DNA from: an uncultured Acidobacteriota bacterium
Lineage (GTDB): Bacteria > Acidobacteriota > Polarisedimenticolia > J045
Assembly (NCBI GenBank): GCA_963702425.1
Contig: CAVPCQ010000016.1
Location: 52,073 to 116,072, forward strand
Length of the DNA: 64,000 bases
Direction: 5' to 3'
This document shows positions 17,074-27,488 of this stretch, piece by piece. Below the pieces are notes generated by a model. It had not been told where the DNA came from. It did not search any database and saw only the letters and a program-made list of their open reading frames with translations. A program made the translations under genes and the position numbers. Numbering within the stretch: position 1 is the first letter of the stretch; each line of letters starts with the position of its first letter.

Positions 17074-18024
17074 TCAGGGCGTAGCCGGACCCGGCGGAGC
17101 CCGACGTCCCCGCAGCATGTGCAGCCCGAAGAGGATCGTCGCCAGCACGAGCGGAAGCAGGTAGTACAGCGCGCGGAACGCGATCAGCACGCCGGCGATC
17201 TGCGCCGCCGGCAGGTGCGGGGAGAGCAGCCACAGGGCGACCGTCTCGAAGACGCCGAGCCCGCCCGGTACCTGGCTCGCGTTGCCGGCGAAGGCGGCGA
17301 TCAGGAAGACCGTCAGCGCCAGCGGGTAGCTGATCCCGGACGCCTCGGGCAGCAGCACGAAGAAGGCCGCCGCCGCCAGCAGCCAGTCGACGGTGGAGGC
17401 CCCGAACTGCGCCAGCGCCAGCTTCCAGCCCGGCCGTCCGAGCTCGACGCCATTGAGATCGACGGTCGTCTTCCGGCCGCCCGCGGCCCAGTAGAAGTAG
17501 GCCGCGCTGAGCAGCAGCATCGCCACACCGAGCGGCCGGACCCAGGCCGGAGGGATGTGCAGCTCCGGCGGCAGCGGGGCCGGATGCCCGAGGAAGACGA
17601 CCCCCGCGAGCAGCAGGAAGCCCAGCCAGAAGGTCGCGCCGCCGAAGAGAATCAACGCCCCGATCTCGGTCGTGGCGAAACCCCAGCGCTTGTAGAAGCG
17701 CAGCCGGACCGAGCCCCCGGTGATCAGCGGCAGGCCGAGGTTCTGCGACAGCGCGTAGCTGAGGAACGAGGCGAAGACGACTTTGGGCAACGGAAGGCGA
17801 AGCCGCAGGTAGCGCAGCCCGAGCAGGTCGTAGCTCGAGAGGGCCAGGTAGTTGAGCGCGACGAGGAGCGCGGACAGCGCGAGCCGCCGGCGCGGGATGC
17901 CGTCGAAGGCGACCCGGATTTCGCTCCAGGGGGTGTCGCGCAGCGCCGTCCGCAGCGCGTAGAACGCGAGCGCAAAGAGCGCGACCCCGACGATCCGGCC
18001 GAGGTGGCGGGGAAGACGCATCAT
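17074..18024 (-). CDS. integral membrane protein, lysylphosphatidylglycerol-synthase-TM-region / flippase-like family
   Basis: Starts MMRLPRHLGRIVGVALFALAFY (Met 174 of the ORF). About 8 TM segments, with GLPLITGGSVRLRFYKRWG and GNASQVPGGLGVFE motifs. Confidence 0.7.
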   Translation of the reverse strand: MMRLPRHLGRIVGVALFALAFYALRTALRDTPWSEIRVAFDGIPRRRLALSALLVALNYLALSSYDLLGLRYLRLRLPLPKVVFASFLSYALSQNLGLPLITGGSVRLRFYKRWGFATTEIGALILFGGATFWLGFLLLAGVVFLGHPAPLPPELHIPPAWVRPLGVAMLLLSAAYFYWAAGGRKTTVDLNGVELGRPGWKLALAQFGASTVDWLLAAAAFFVLLPEASGISYPLALTVFLIAAFAGNASQVPGGLGVFETVALWLLSPHLPAAQIAGVLIAFRALYYLLPLVLATILFGLHMLRGRRAPPGPATP

Positions 18025-18298
18025 GCCGGGCGGGCCATGGATGGTGGCGCGGATTGTAGCCGCCTGGACGGACCGAGGGGGCCGGACGAGAGCCGACAGG
18101 CTCTGCCGACCGGGGCGACAAGCGCGAAGTCGGGCCGCCGGATGGCGGGCAGGGTTGCGACGGCGGGGGTTGCGGCGGCTCGGGCGATTCGAACGAAGGT
18201 CGGCAGCACGGACCTCCTCTCCTCCCCAGGTTCGCGACGCGGGCAGGCTCCAGCCTGCCCCGCGTCGTCTTCGCGGGTAAGATCCAGCCTGCCCGCCG

Positions 18299-20782
18299 AT
18301 GATCCGCCCCGACACGCCTGAGCCGCCGAGCCAAGCCGCACCGGGCGGAGCGCCGCCTCGTGCCCGGCGCGGTCGGCTGGGGCTGGTGGCCACCGGGATC
18401 GTCGTGGCGCTCGTCCTGGCCGGCTTCTCGACGGTCGGCGTCGTGCGGCAGGTGCTGCGCGCGAGCCTCCCCCAGCTCGACGGCTCGCACCCGCTCGCGG
18501 GCCTCGCGGCACCGGTCACGGTGGAGCGCGACACCCTCGGCATTCCGACCGTGACGGCGTCGAGCCCGCTCGACGCCTACCGCGCGCTCGGATTCCTGCA
18601 CGCCCAGGAGCGCTTCTTCCAGATGGACCTGGCGCGGCGTGCGGCAGCGGGCGAACTGGCCGCGCTCTTCGGTGCGGTCGCCGTGGACGCCGATCGCGCG
18701 GTGCGCATCCACCGCTTCCGCGCCCGCGCCGAGGCTGCGGTCGCGGCCGCCGGCCCGGACGCGCAGGCCACGCTCGTGGCCTACACGCAGGGGGTCAACG
18801 CGGGCCTGGCCGCCCTGCGGGCGCGGCCGTTCGAGTACTTCCTGCTGCGGGCCGACCCGGTCGCGTGGCGCCCCGAGGACACGCTCCTCGTCGTCGACTC
18901 GATGTACCTGGAGCTGCAGGACGACCGCGGCCGGCGCGAGGAGCGGCTGGCACTGCTCTACGGCGCGCTTCCGGCAGCGCTGGCCGACTTCCTCGCCCCG
19001 CGCGGCACGCCGTGGGATGCCCCGCTCGAGGGCCCGGCGTTCGAGCTCCCCGAGGTCCCGGGACCCGAAGTGATCGACCTGCGCACCGCCCCGTCGCCGC
19101 CGAAGAGCTCCGCCGCGCGGATAGCGGGTGAGCCGGACCAGCCCGCGTCGCTCGGCAGCAACAACTGGGCGGTCGCCGGCCGGCGCACGGCAGACGGCCG
19201 GGCGCTGCTCGCCGGCGACATGCACCTGCCGCTCGCCGTACCCGCCACCTGGTACCGCGCATCGCTCGCCTGGCCGCGCCGCGACGGCGCGACGGGCGAG
19301 GTGCGGGTCAGCGGTGTGACGCTCCCCGGCGTTCCCGCGGTTGTTGCGGGCAGCAACGGCCGCGTCGCGTGGGCCTTCACGAACAGCTACGTCGACACCG
19401 GCGACCTGGTCCTGCTCGACCCGGCGCCAGGTGCCGTCGACAGCGAGCCGCCGCGCTACATGACCCCCGAAGGTCCGCGCGCGGCTGAACGATTCGTGGA
19501 GCGGATCGAGGTCCGGGGCGGCGCTGCGGCCACGGTCGAGGTGCAGGAGACGATCTGGGGCCCGATCGTCGGCAGCGGGCCCGACGGCCGCGTGCGCGCC
19601 TTCCGCTGGACGGCCCACGATCCGGACGCGGTGAACCTCGAACTGCTCGCCCTGGCCGAGGCCGGAACCGTCGACGAAGCGCTGGCGATCGCCCCGCGTT
19701 GCGGCATCCCGGCCCAGAACCTCGCGGTCATCGACACCGCGGGCCGGATCGGCTGGACGATCGCCGGGCACGTGCCGCGGCGCTTCGGCTTCGACGGGCG
19801 CCTTCCGACCTCCTGGGCCGACGGCACGCGCGGCTGGAACGGCGTGCTCGCACCGGAGGAGCAGCCGCGCGTCGTCGATCCGCCGGGGGGCACCCTCTGG
19901 ACCGCCAATGCGCGCGTCGTCGGCGGAGAGGCGCTGGCCCGGCTCGGCGATGGAGGCTACGACCTCGGCGCGCGCGCGAAGCAGATCCGGGACGGGCTGC
20001 AAGCGCTGGAACAGCCCGACGAGCAGGCCATGCTCGCACTGCAGCTCGACGATCGGGCGCTCCTGCTCGCCCCCTGGAGGGATCTCCTGCTCGAGTCGCT
20101 CGGTCCGGAGGTCGCGGCGACCGACCCGCGGCGCGCGGAGGCCCGCCGGCTGATCGAGACCTGGGGAGGTCGGGCCGCGACCGCTTCCGCGGGCTACCGG
20201 ATCGTCCGCGGCTTCCGGCTCAACTTCGCGCGCCAGACCTTCCGGGCCCTGGTCGCCCCCTGCGAGAAGGCCGACCCGTCGTTCAGCATCTTCGCGCTCC
20301 CACAGTGGGAGGGGCCGCTCTGGCAGCTCGTGCGCCGGCGGCCGGGCCACCTGCTCGACCCGCGCTTCTCGAGCTGGAACGACGCGATCCTGTCCGCGCT
20401 CGACGCGACGCTGGCCGAGCTGACCGCCGACGGCGCCGCGCTGGCCACCGCGACCTGGGGCCGGCGCAACACGCTCGCCATCCGGCACCCGCTGTCGGGT
20501 GCGATCCCGTTCGCCGGAACGTGGCTCGACATGCCGGCGATGGAGATGCCGGGCGACGACGACATGCCGCGCGTGCAGATCGGGTCGCTGGGCGCATCGC
20601 AGCGGATGGTGGTCTCGCCGGGGCACGAGGCGCAGGGCTTCTTCCAGATGCCCTGCGGCCAGAGCGGGCACCCGCTCTCGCCGCACTACCGCGACCAGCA
20701 GCAGGCCTGGGCGCGCGGCGCTCCGGCGCCGTTCCTGCCGGGGGCCGCGGTCCACCGGCTCGAGCTCGGCCCGGCCCGCTGA
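18299..20782 (+). CDS. penicillin acylase family (peptidase S45, Ntn hydrolase; possibly an acyl-homoserine-lactone acylase)
   Basis: N-terminal TM anchor. The processing-site nucleophile context is ASLGSNNWAVAGRRTADGRALLAGDMHL. 827 aa. Confidence 0.85.
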   Translation: MIRPDTPEPPSQAAPGGAPPRARRGRLGLVATGIVVALVLAGFSTVGVVRQVLRASLPQLDGSHPLAGLAAPVTVERDTLGIPTVTASSPLDAYRALGFLHAQERFFQMDLARRAAAGELAALFGAVAVDADRAVRIHRFRARAEAAVAAAGPDAQATLVAYTQGVNAGLAALRARPFEYFLLRADPVAWRPEDTLLVVDSMYLELQDDRGRREERLALLYGALPAALADFLAPRGTPWDAPLEGPAFELPEVPGPEVIDLRTAPSPPKSSAARIAGEPDQPASLGSNNWAVAGRRTADGRALLAGDMHLPLAVPATWYRASLAWPRRDGATGEVRVSGVTLPGVPAVVAGSNGRVAWAFTNSYVDTGDLVLLDPAPGAVDSEPPRYMTPEGPRAAERFVERIEVRGGAAATVEVQETIWGPIVGSGPDGRVRAFRWTAHDPDAVNLELLALAEAGTVDEALAIAPRCGIPAQNLAVIDTAGRIGWTIAGHVPRRFGFDGRLPTSWADGTRGWNGVLAPEEQPRVVDPPGGTLWTANARVVGGEALARLGDGGYDLGARAKQIRDGLQALEQPDEQAMLALQLDDRALLLAPWRDLLLESLGPEVAATDPRRAEARRLIETWGGRAATASAGYRIVRGFRLNFARQTFRALVAPCEKADPSFSIFALPQWEGPLWQLVRRRPGHLLDPRFSSWNDAILSALDATLAELTADGAALATATWGRRNTLAIRHPLSGAIPFAGTWLDMPAMEMPGDDDMPRVQIGSLGASQRMVVSPGHEAQGFFQMPCGQSGHPLSPHYRDQQQAWARGAPAPFLPGAAVHRLELGPAR

Positions 20783-20801
20783 CGGCGTGGTCGAGCCGCC
20801 G

Positions 20802-21989
20802 ATGCCCGCCTTCGTCACGCTGCTCGCTCTTTTCGCCTCGGCCTGCCTCGCCGGCGCGATCGTCTCGGGTGCGGCGCTGCTCGTCGTCGCGCGCGGGCTC
20901 CGATTCCTGCGCGACATCCCGCCGGCCATGGGCGACCGGCTTCCCGCGGTGAGCATCGTGATCGCGGCGCGCGACGAGGCGGCAGGCGTCGAGCACACGG
21001 TTCGCTCGCTGCTGGCCCAGGACTACCCACAGCTCTCGATCGTCGCAGTGAACGACCGCTCGACCGACGGGACCGATGCGATCCTCGACCGGCTCGCTGC
21101 GACGGACCCGCGCCTCACGGCCGTGCACCTGGCCGAGCTGCCGCCCGGCTGGCTCGGCAAGAACCGCGCGCACTCCGTCGGCGCCGCGCGGGCGGAGGGA
21201 GAGTTCCTGCTCTTCACCGACGGCGACGTCCTCTTCGCCCCGGACGCCCTGCGCCGCGCGATCGGCCTCGCCCTGCACGAGCGCCTGGACCTGCTCGCCG
21301 CGGCGCCCGAGATTCACGCGCGCGGGGCGCTGCTGCGCGCGGTCGTGGCCGCGTTCACCTTCTACTTCGCGCTGGCGATCCCGCCCTGGCGGGTGCGCGA
21401 CCCGCGCCGCCGGGAGGCGATCGGGATCGGGGCCTTCAACCTCGTGCGGGCCGACACCTACCGCGCGGCCGGTGGTCACGCGGCGTTCGCGATGCGCCCC
21501 GACGACGACCTCGCGCTGGCACGGGCGCTCAAGCGCGCCGGGGCGCGGTCCGCGGTCCTTTCCGGGATCGGAGTGGTCGCGGTCGAGTGGTACCCCGGCG
21601 TCCGCGCGCTGGTGGACGGCCTGCAGAAGAACATCTTCTCCGGCTTCGACTTCAGCGCATCCCGGGCGCTGGCCGCGGTGGCGGCGATCCTGTCCGGCAA
21701 CGTGCTCCCGTTCGTGGCGCCGTTCGTGACGCCGTCCCCGGCGCGCTGGATTTTCGCCGCGGCCGCCGCGCTGCTCGTGATCCAGGTCGGCGCGGCCGCC
21801 CGCGGCGCGGGGCTGCCGTGGCGCTCGGGCCTGCTCTTCCCGGCCGCGGCGCTCGTCTGGGCCTGGATCGTCCTGCGCGGGACGATCGTGCCCCTCGCCC
21901 GCGGCGAGATCGAGTGGCGCGGGACACGCTATCCGCTCGAGGAGCTGCGACGGGCCGGGGAAGGAACGCCGGGCGCGAAGTCGGCCTGA
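20802..21989 (+). CDS. family 2 glycosyltransferase, membrane-anchored
   Basis: VSIVIAARDEA...VNDRSTDGT...PPGWLGKNRA...FTDGDVLF, followed by C-terminal TM segments. An alternative GTG start is at 20787. Confidence 0.75.
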   Translation: MPAFVTLLALFASACLAGAIVSGAALLVVARGLRFLRDIPPAMGDRLPAVSIVIAARDEAAGVEHTVRSLLAQDYPQLSIVAVNDRSTDGTDAILDRLAATDPRLTAVHLAELPPGWLGKNRAHSVGAARAEGEFLLFTDGDVLFAPDALRRAIGLALHERLDLLAAAPEIHARGALLRAVVAAFTFYFALAIPPWRVRDPRRREAIGIGAFNLVRADTYRAAGGHAAFAMRPDDDLALARALKRAGARSAVLSGIGVVAVEWYPGVRALVDGLQKNIFSGFDFSASRALAAVAAILSGNVLPFVAPFVTPSPARWIFAAAAALLVIQVGAAARGAGLPWRSGLLFPAAALVWAWIVLRGTIVPLARGEIEWRGTRYPLEELRRAGEGTPGAKSA

Positions 21990-22042
21990 GGTCGGCGGGC
22001 CGGACCGGGCTCTGATAAGCTCCCGCCCTTTCCGGAGGCTCG

Positions 22043-23866
22043 ATGAGAAGGCTCGCCGCCGTCACGCTGCTCTGGCTCCTGGCGCCCATTCTCGCCGGAT
22101 CCGTTGGCCACGCCTGCACCAACTTCCTGGTCTCGAAGGGCGCGAGCGCCGACGGGTCCACGATGATCACCTACTCCGCCGACTCCCACGAGCTCTACGG
22201 CGAGTTGTACCACTGGCCGGCGGCCAAGTACCCGCCGGGGGTGCAGCGCGACATCATCGAGTGGGATACGGGGAAGTTCCTGGGCCGGATCCCGGAGGCC
22301 GCGGAGACCTACGCCGTCATCGGCAACATCAACGAGCACCAGGTGGCGATCGGCGAGACCACGTGGGGCGGGCGGCCCGAGCTGGCCGGATCGGATGGGC
22401 TCATCGACTACGGCAGCCTGATGTACATCGCGCTGCAGCGCGCCCGGACCGCCCGCGAGGCGATCGCGGTCATGACCAGCCTCGTCGCGGAGCACGGGTA
22501 CGCCAGCACGGGGGAGTCGTTCTCGATCGCCGATCCGCAGGAGGTCTGGATCCTCGAGCTGATCGGCAAGGGGAAGGGCCGCAAGGGCGCGGTCTGGGTG
22601 GCCCGTCGCGTTCCCGACGGCTACATCTCCGGGCACGCCAACGCCGCGCGGATCCGACAGTTCCCGCTGAACGACCCGCAGGCCGAGACGCTCTACGCCC
22701 CCGACGTGATCACCTTCGCCCGCGAGCTGGGGTGGTTCAGCGGCAAGGACGAGGAGTTCTCGTTCGCCGACACCTACAGCCCGACCGACTTCGGCGCCCG
22801 GCGCTTCTGCGACGCGCGGGTCTGGTGCATGTTCCACCGCGCGGCCCCCTCCCGGCAGATTCCGGTCTCCTGGGCCGACGGGAAGGACGCGTCCGCCGAA
22901 CCGCTCCCGCTCTGGGTCAAGCCCGATCGCAAGGTGAGCGTCTCCGACGTCATGGGCTTCATGCGCGATCACTTCCAGGGGACTCCGCTCGACATGACCC
23001 AGGACATCGGCGCGGGGCCGTACGGGCTGCCCTACCGCTGGCGGCCGCTGACCTGGAAAGTCGACGGCGTCGAGTACCTCAACGAGCGCGCGGTCTCGAC
23101 GCAGCAGACCGGGTTCTCGTTCGTCAGCCAGTCGCGCTCGTGGCTCCCGGATGCCATCGGCGGGGTCCTGTGGTTCGGCGTCGACGACACCTACAGCACC
23201 GTCTACTTCCCGGTCTACGCCGGGATCGAGAAGATCCCGGTCAACTGGGCCGTCGGAACCGGGTCCTTCGACGAGGTGACCTGGGACTCCGCCTTCTGGG
23301 TCTTCAACCAGGTCTCGAACTTCGCCTACTCGCGATTCAACGACAAGATCCAGGACATCCAGAAGGTCCAGCGGGAGCTGGAGGGGAGGTTCCTCGCGGC
23401 TCAGCCGGAGGTCGACAGGGCCGCCGCGGCGCTCTACGCGCAGTCGCCCCGCCTGGCCAGGGACTACCTGACTCAGTACACCGCCGAAGCCGGCGCCGAG
23501 GTCGTGAGCCGCTGGAGGGAGCTCTCGAAGTTCCTGCTCTACAAGTACCTCGACGGGAACGTGAAGGACGCGACCGGGAAGGTGACGCACCCCGGGTACG
23601 ACGAGGACTGGTACAAGCTGGTCGCGAGCGCGACCGGGGACCGGCTCAAGACCGCGAAGCTCCCGGCGGAGATCGAGGCGGAACGCGCCCAGAAGGAGAA
23701 GGCGGCGAAGCTCTCCCAGGCGGTCCTCGCGGTCTTCCAGGCCCGGGGGCTCGAGGTCAGCGCCGCAACGCGCGAGAAGATCCTGGCGGCGGATGACCCC
23801 GGGAAGCTCGAGTCCTGGCTCGTCAACGCCGCGACGGCCTCCACCCCCGCGGCGGCCATCGACTGA
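22043..23866 (+). CDS. peptidase C69 family dipeptidase, secreted
   Basis: A signal peptide, then the N-terminal nucleophile context GHACTNFLVSKGASADGSTMITYSADS. Confidence 0.8.
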   Translation: MRRLAAVTLLWLLAPILAGSVGHACTNFLVSKGASADGSTMITYSADSHELYGELYHWPAAKYPPGVQRDIIEWDTGKFLGRIPEAAETYAVIGNINEHQVAIGETTWGGRPELAGSDGLIDYGSLMYIALQRARTAREAIAVMTSLVAEHGYASTGESFSIADPQEVWILELIGKGKGRKGAVWVARRVPDGYISGHANAARIRQFPLNDPQAETLYAPDVITFARELGWFSGKDEEFSFADTYSPTDFGARRFCDARVWCMFHRAAPSRQIPVSWADGKDASAEPLPLWVKPDRKVSVSDVMGFMRDHFQGTPLDMTQDIGAGPYGLPYRWRPLTWKVDGVEYLNERAVSTQQTGFSFVSQSRSWLPDAIGGVLWFGVDDTYSTVYFPVYAGIEKIPVNWAVGTGSFDEVTWDSAFWVFNQVSNFAYSRFNDKIQDIQKVQRELEGRFLAAQPEVDRAAAALYAQSPRLARDYLTQYTAEAGAEVVSRWRELSKFLLYKYLDGNVKDATGKVTHPGYDEDWYKLVASATGDRLKTAKLPAEIEAERAQKEKAAKLSQAVLAVFQARGLEVSAATREKILAADDPGKLESWLVNAATASTPAAAID

Positions 23867-23883
23867 CGGGTCGACGCGCCCTG

Positions 23884-24708
23884 CTAGTCCCCGCCGTAGG
23901 CGATCTCGAGCCGCCGCGCCCGCTGCATCGCGAGCCAGACCAGCGCCGCCGCCAGCGCGAGCACGCCGAGCACGGCCAGCCAGACCGGCGGCGGGTCGGC
24001 CACGATCGCGAACGGCCCCTCGTTGATCGGCACCGGCCGCAGCGCGTTCAGGTAGTGGATCACGCTGAGCTGCTTGAGCCAGCCGGGCAGGAACGGGTTG
24101 GCGGCCTCGACGGCCCAGATCGCGACGGCCGGCAGCAGCGGGTTCTTGAACATCATCCCGGCGAGCGTGAAGACCGCGCCGTAGCCGACGACCGCCAGCA
24201 GCACGATCGCGAGGTACCAGGGGATCAGGTAGGCCTGCCGGGAGAGGGTCGCCGTACCGAGCGGCAGGAACCCCAGCACGAGGGCGACGAGCGTCACCGT
24301 CCCGAAGACCGCCCAGCCCGCCGCGACCCCGGCCGCGTACTTCCCGGCGACCAGCACCTCGCGCCGGATCGGCGCGAGCAGGAAGTAGTGGAGCGTGCGG
24401 TCCAGCAGGTCGCCGCGGAACAGGTTCATGAAGATCCAGACGCAGCCCAGGTAGACCGCGAAGCGCAGCACGAGGAACTCGAAGAAGTTGGCGAGCCCCT
24501 GCGTGAAGTTCGCGATCGAGACCGTGCGGTCGGGTGACATCGGGATCACCGCGCGCAGCACGGGCGGCAACAGCGCCAGCGCGGCGAGCCCGTAGACCAG
24601 CAGCGCACGCTTGCCGAACAGTGCCTTCTTCAGCTCCATCCGGAACAGCGCGGCGAACTGCTGGCGCCACACCGGCCACGGCAGCGCGCGGATCTCGGCG
24701 GTCGTCAC
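23884..24708 (-). CDS. ABC-2-type transporter permease
   Basis: GTG start overlapping the upstream stop (GTGA). Six hydrophobic segments. Last gene of the sigma/anti-sigma/ABC operon. Confidence 0.65.
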   Translation of the reverse strand: MTTAEIRALPWPVWRQQFAALFRMELKKALFGKRALLVYGLAALALLPPVLRAVIPMSPDRTVSIANFTQGLANFFEFLVLRFAVYLGCVWIFMNLFRGDLLDRTLHYFLLAPIRREVLVAGKYAAGVAAGWAVFGTVTLVALVLGFLPLGTATLSRQAYLIPWYLAIVLLAVVGYGAVFTLAGMMFKNPLLPAVAIWAVEAANPFLPGWLKQLSVIHYLNALRPVPINEGPFAIVADPPPVWLAVLGVLALAAALVWLAMQRARRLEIAYGGD

Positions 24709-25697
24709 GAGCCCCCCCGTCCGGCGTCCTGGATCAGGTACTGGTAGACCGACTGGACGTCGTCGTCGGCCGGCGCCACGGCGTCGATCCGCGCCCCCGA
24801 CGCGAGCACGACGCGATTGAGCGCCAGGAAGAAGGCGTCGGCGTCCTCGGTCCGGACGAACAGGCCCCCCTTGTCGGCGTGCAGCTTGACCTCGACCACC
24901 CCGTCCTCCGCCATCAGGCTCGCGGCGAGGACCTGCGGGGCGTCGCAGCGGATCAGCACCTGCAGCGGGTGGCGCCGCATCTCGCCGCGGACCGCCTGGA
25001 TGTTCCCTTCCGCGACGACGTAGCCCTCGTTGAGCAGCACGACCTGGTCGGAGAGCAGGTCGACCTCGTGCAGGATGTGTGAGGAGAGGATGACGTGCCG
25101 GCCGGCGCGGGCCTGCACGCGCAGCAGCGCGATCACCTCGGCCCGGGCCAGCGGGTCGAGCCCGTTGAGCGGCTCGTCGAGGATCAGCACCTGCGGGTCG
25201 ACGGCGAGCGCGAGGCCCAGCCGCAGCCGCTGGCGCATCCCCTTCGAGTAGCCCGCGACCCGTCGATCCGCAGCCTCGGAGAGGCCGACCTGCTCGAGCA
25301 TCTCGGCCGCACGCTCCCGCGCCCACGCGGCGCCGTGCCCGCTCAGCGCCAGGAGCGAGACCAGGAACGAGCGCCCGGTCGCCCCCGGCGGGAACGCGTC
25401 CTGCTGCGTGCAGAAGCCGACCCGCTGGAACAGCTGCTCGGGGTGCCCGGGGGAGATCCCGAGCACCGAGACCGTCCCCGCGCTCGGGCGCAGCAGGCCG
25501 GTCATCAGCCCCATCAGCGTGCTCTTGCCGGCGCCGTTGGGGCCGACCAGGCCGGTGATCCCGGGCGGGATCGCCAGCGTGACGCGGTTGACCCCGAGCG
25601 TCTCGCCGTAGAACTTCGAGACGTTGTCGAAGATCACCAGTTCCTCACGCGGGCGGCGGACCGGTGCCTCTGCGCCGCTCCCGCTGGCCGCGCTCAC
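24705..25697 (-). CDS. ABC transporter ATP-binding protein with extra C-terminal domain
   Basis: Walker A GPNGAGKST, signature YSKGMRQRL, Walker B LILDEPLNGLD. GTG start overlaps the upstream stop. Confidence 0.85.
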   Translation of the reverse strand: MSAASGSGAEAPVRRPREELVIFDNVSKFYGETLGVNRVTLAIPPGITGLVGPNGAGKSTLMGLMTGLLRPSAGTVSVLGISPGHPEQLFQRVGFCTQQDAFPPGATGRSFLVSLLALSGHGAAWARERAAEMLEQVGLSEAADRRVAGYSKGMRQRLRLGLALAVDPQVLILDEPLNGLDPLARAEVIALLRVQARAGRHVILSSHILHEVDLLSDQVVLLNEGYVVAEGNIQAVRGEMRRHPLQVLIRCDAPQVLAASLMAEDGVVEVKLHADKGGLFVRTEDADAFFLALNRVVLASGARIDAVAPADDDVQSVYQYLIQDAGRGGS

Positions 25698-26572
25698 CGG
25701 ACCACCTCGTAGGCCTTGACGCGGCGGTGGAGCAGCACGACGCACCCGGCGCAGACCAGCCCGAGCACGACGAATGCCGCCCACGGCGGCAGGTCGCCGA
25801 CCTCGCTGCTCAGCGTGGTCCCGAACAGCCAGGACCAGGCGGTCTGGATCAGGTGGTTGATGTCGAGCAGACGCCCCCAGCTGGTGTCGAGCAGGGCGTT
25901 CATCGCCAGGCCGAACGGAGCGCCCGCGACGAAGATCGCGAAGATCACCGCCCCCGCCAGCGGCTTCCATTTGACCAGCGCCGAGATCGACAGCGCCAGC
26001 AGCGTCAGCACAGCGATCAGCAGCCACGAGCCGGCGAACACGCCGACCGCCAGGCGCAGGTTCTCGGACCACCACGAGCCGCCGGCCAGGGCGGCCTGAA
26101 AGAGCCAGAGCAGGAGGCCGGGGACCCAGGTCATCAGCGACAGCACCAGCGCGAGGACCAGCCCCTTGCCGACGAGGTACTCGGTGCGGGTCAGCGGCCG
26201 GCTGAAGTAGAGCGGCAGGGCGTTGTTGCGCAGGTCGGGCGAGATCAGCCCGGGGCCGACGAAGAGCGTCGTGAAGAACGCGAAGATCAGCCCCTGGACA
26301 TAGAGGAAGTTGAGGAAGTACTTCGCGCCGATCGAGAACGAGAGCGCCCCGCCGACACTGATCCCGAGCGGCTTGAGGATCTCGAGATTGTTGATCCCGT
26401 AGAGATAGAGGGCGTTGCCGATCGGCCAGGCCAGGCAGGCCACGAACCAGCCGACGAACTTCCTGTTGGCGAGGAGGTCGGCCAGCGCGTAGCGCGTGAC
26501 GACCGTCCGCCGCGCCGCCTCCGAGGCGACCGGTCCGGCGTAGGCCCGGTAGGCGCGCTCATAGACGGCCAT
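25694..26572 (-). CDS. ABC-2-type transporter permease-like membrane protein
   Basis: 292-aa polytopic protein lying between the two ATPase genes. Confidence 0.65.
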   Translation of the reverse strand: MAVYERAYRAYAGPVASEAARRTVVTRYALADLLANRKFVGWFVACLAWPIGNALYLYGINNLEILKPLGISVGGALSFSIGAKYFLNFLYVQGLIFAFFTTLFVGPGLISPDLRNNALPLYFSRPLTRTEYLVGKGLVLALVLSLMTWVPGLLLWLFQAALAGGSWWSENLRLAVGVFAGSWLLIAVLTLLALSISALVKWKPLAGAVIFAIFVAGAPFGLAMNALLDTSWGRLLDINHLIQTAWSWLFGTTLSSEVGDLPPWAAFVVLGLVCAGCVVLLHRRVKAYEVVR

Positions 26573-27488
26573 CGATCTCCCCCATCGCCGCCAGGAAGAT
26601 CTCCTCGAGCGAGGTGCGTTTGACTTCCAGCCGCCGCAGCTGCACGCCGCGCTCGGCCGCCGCGCGGAAGAGGTGGGTGACGTCGAGCCCCTCCGGGAGG
26701 AGGACCTTGATCCGCTTGCGCGACCCGGCCGTGCACTCGCCGCCGAGCTGCGCCACCGCGGCGACGAAGGCGTCGCTGTTCCCGACCGCCTCGACCTCGA
26801 CCAGGCGCTGCTGTGCGCGGCGCTCTGCAGCCAGGTTGCACTGCGCGGCGATCGCGCCGTTCTTCAGCACCAGCACCTCCTCGCAGCTCTCCTCGACGTC
26901 GCGCAGCAGGTGCGAGGAGAGGATCAGGTGCATGTCACCGCGCTCGCGGATGTCCCGGATCAGCTCGATCATCCGGACGCGGTGCGGCGGGTCGAGTCCG
27001 TTGGTCGGCTCGTCGAGGATCAGGAGCCTCGGCCCGTGGACGATCGCCTGGGCCAGCTTGGCCTGCTGCTTCATCCCCAGTGAGTAGGTGCCCAGCGGCC
27101 GGTAGCGCGCCTCGCCGAGGCCGACCCAGAAGAGCGCCTCGTGGGCCCGCTCGAGCGCCTGCTCGGCCGGGAGGCCCGACAGCTCCGCCATCAGCCGCAC
27201 GTACCGGACGGCCGACATCTCGGCGATGAAGCTGTCGTTCTCGGGCATGTAGCCGACCAGCCGGCGGATCGCGCCGATCCCGGTCCGGATGTCGTGGCCG
27301 AAGACGCGAGCGGTGCCGTCGCTCGGCGGGAAGAAGCCGAGCAGCGTGTGCAGGAGGGTCGTCTTCCCGGCCCCGTTCGGGCCGAGCAGCCCCAGCGTAC
27401 GACCGCCCAGCCCGGCGGTGAGGCCCTTGAGGATGGGCCTCCCGCCGAGCCGGACCGTCAGCTGGTCGAGTTCGATCGCCGGCGTCAT
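26559..27488 (-). CDS. ABC transporter ATP-binding protein
   Basis: Walker [10 protein letters not shown], signature LGMKQQAKL, Walker [12 protein letters not shown]. Confidence 0.85.
   Translation of the reverse strand: MTPAIELDQLTVRLGGRPILKGLTAGLGGRTLGLLGPNGAGKTTLLHTLLGFFPPSDGTARVFGHDIRTGIGAIRRLVGYMPENDSFIAEMSAVRYVRLMAELSGLPAEQALERAHEALFWVGLGEARYRPLGTYSLGMKQQAKLAQAIVHGPRLLILDEPTNGLDPPHRVRMIELIRDIRERGDMHLILSSHLLRDVEESCEEVLVLKNGAIAAQCNLAAERRAQQRLVEVEAVGNSDAFVAAVAQLGGECTAGSRKRIKVLLPEGLDVTHLFRAAAERGVQLRRLEVKRTSLEEIFLAAMGEIDGRL

Noticed and set aside
14884-18298. A top6A (Spo11-like) gene flanking top6B.
   Set aside because: The neighbouring ORFs are a small helical protein, the OPT transporter and a polytopic membrane protein. 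No Toprim/5Y-CAP motifs were seen in any frame.
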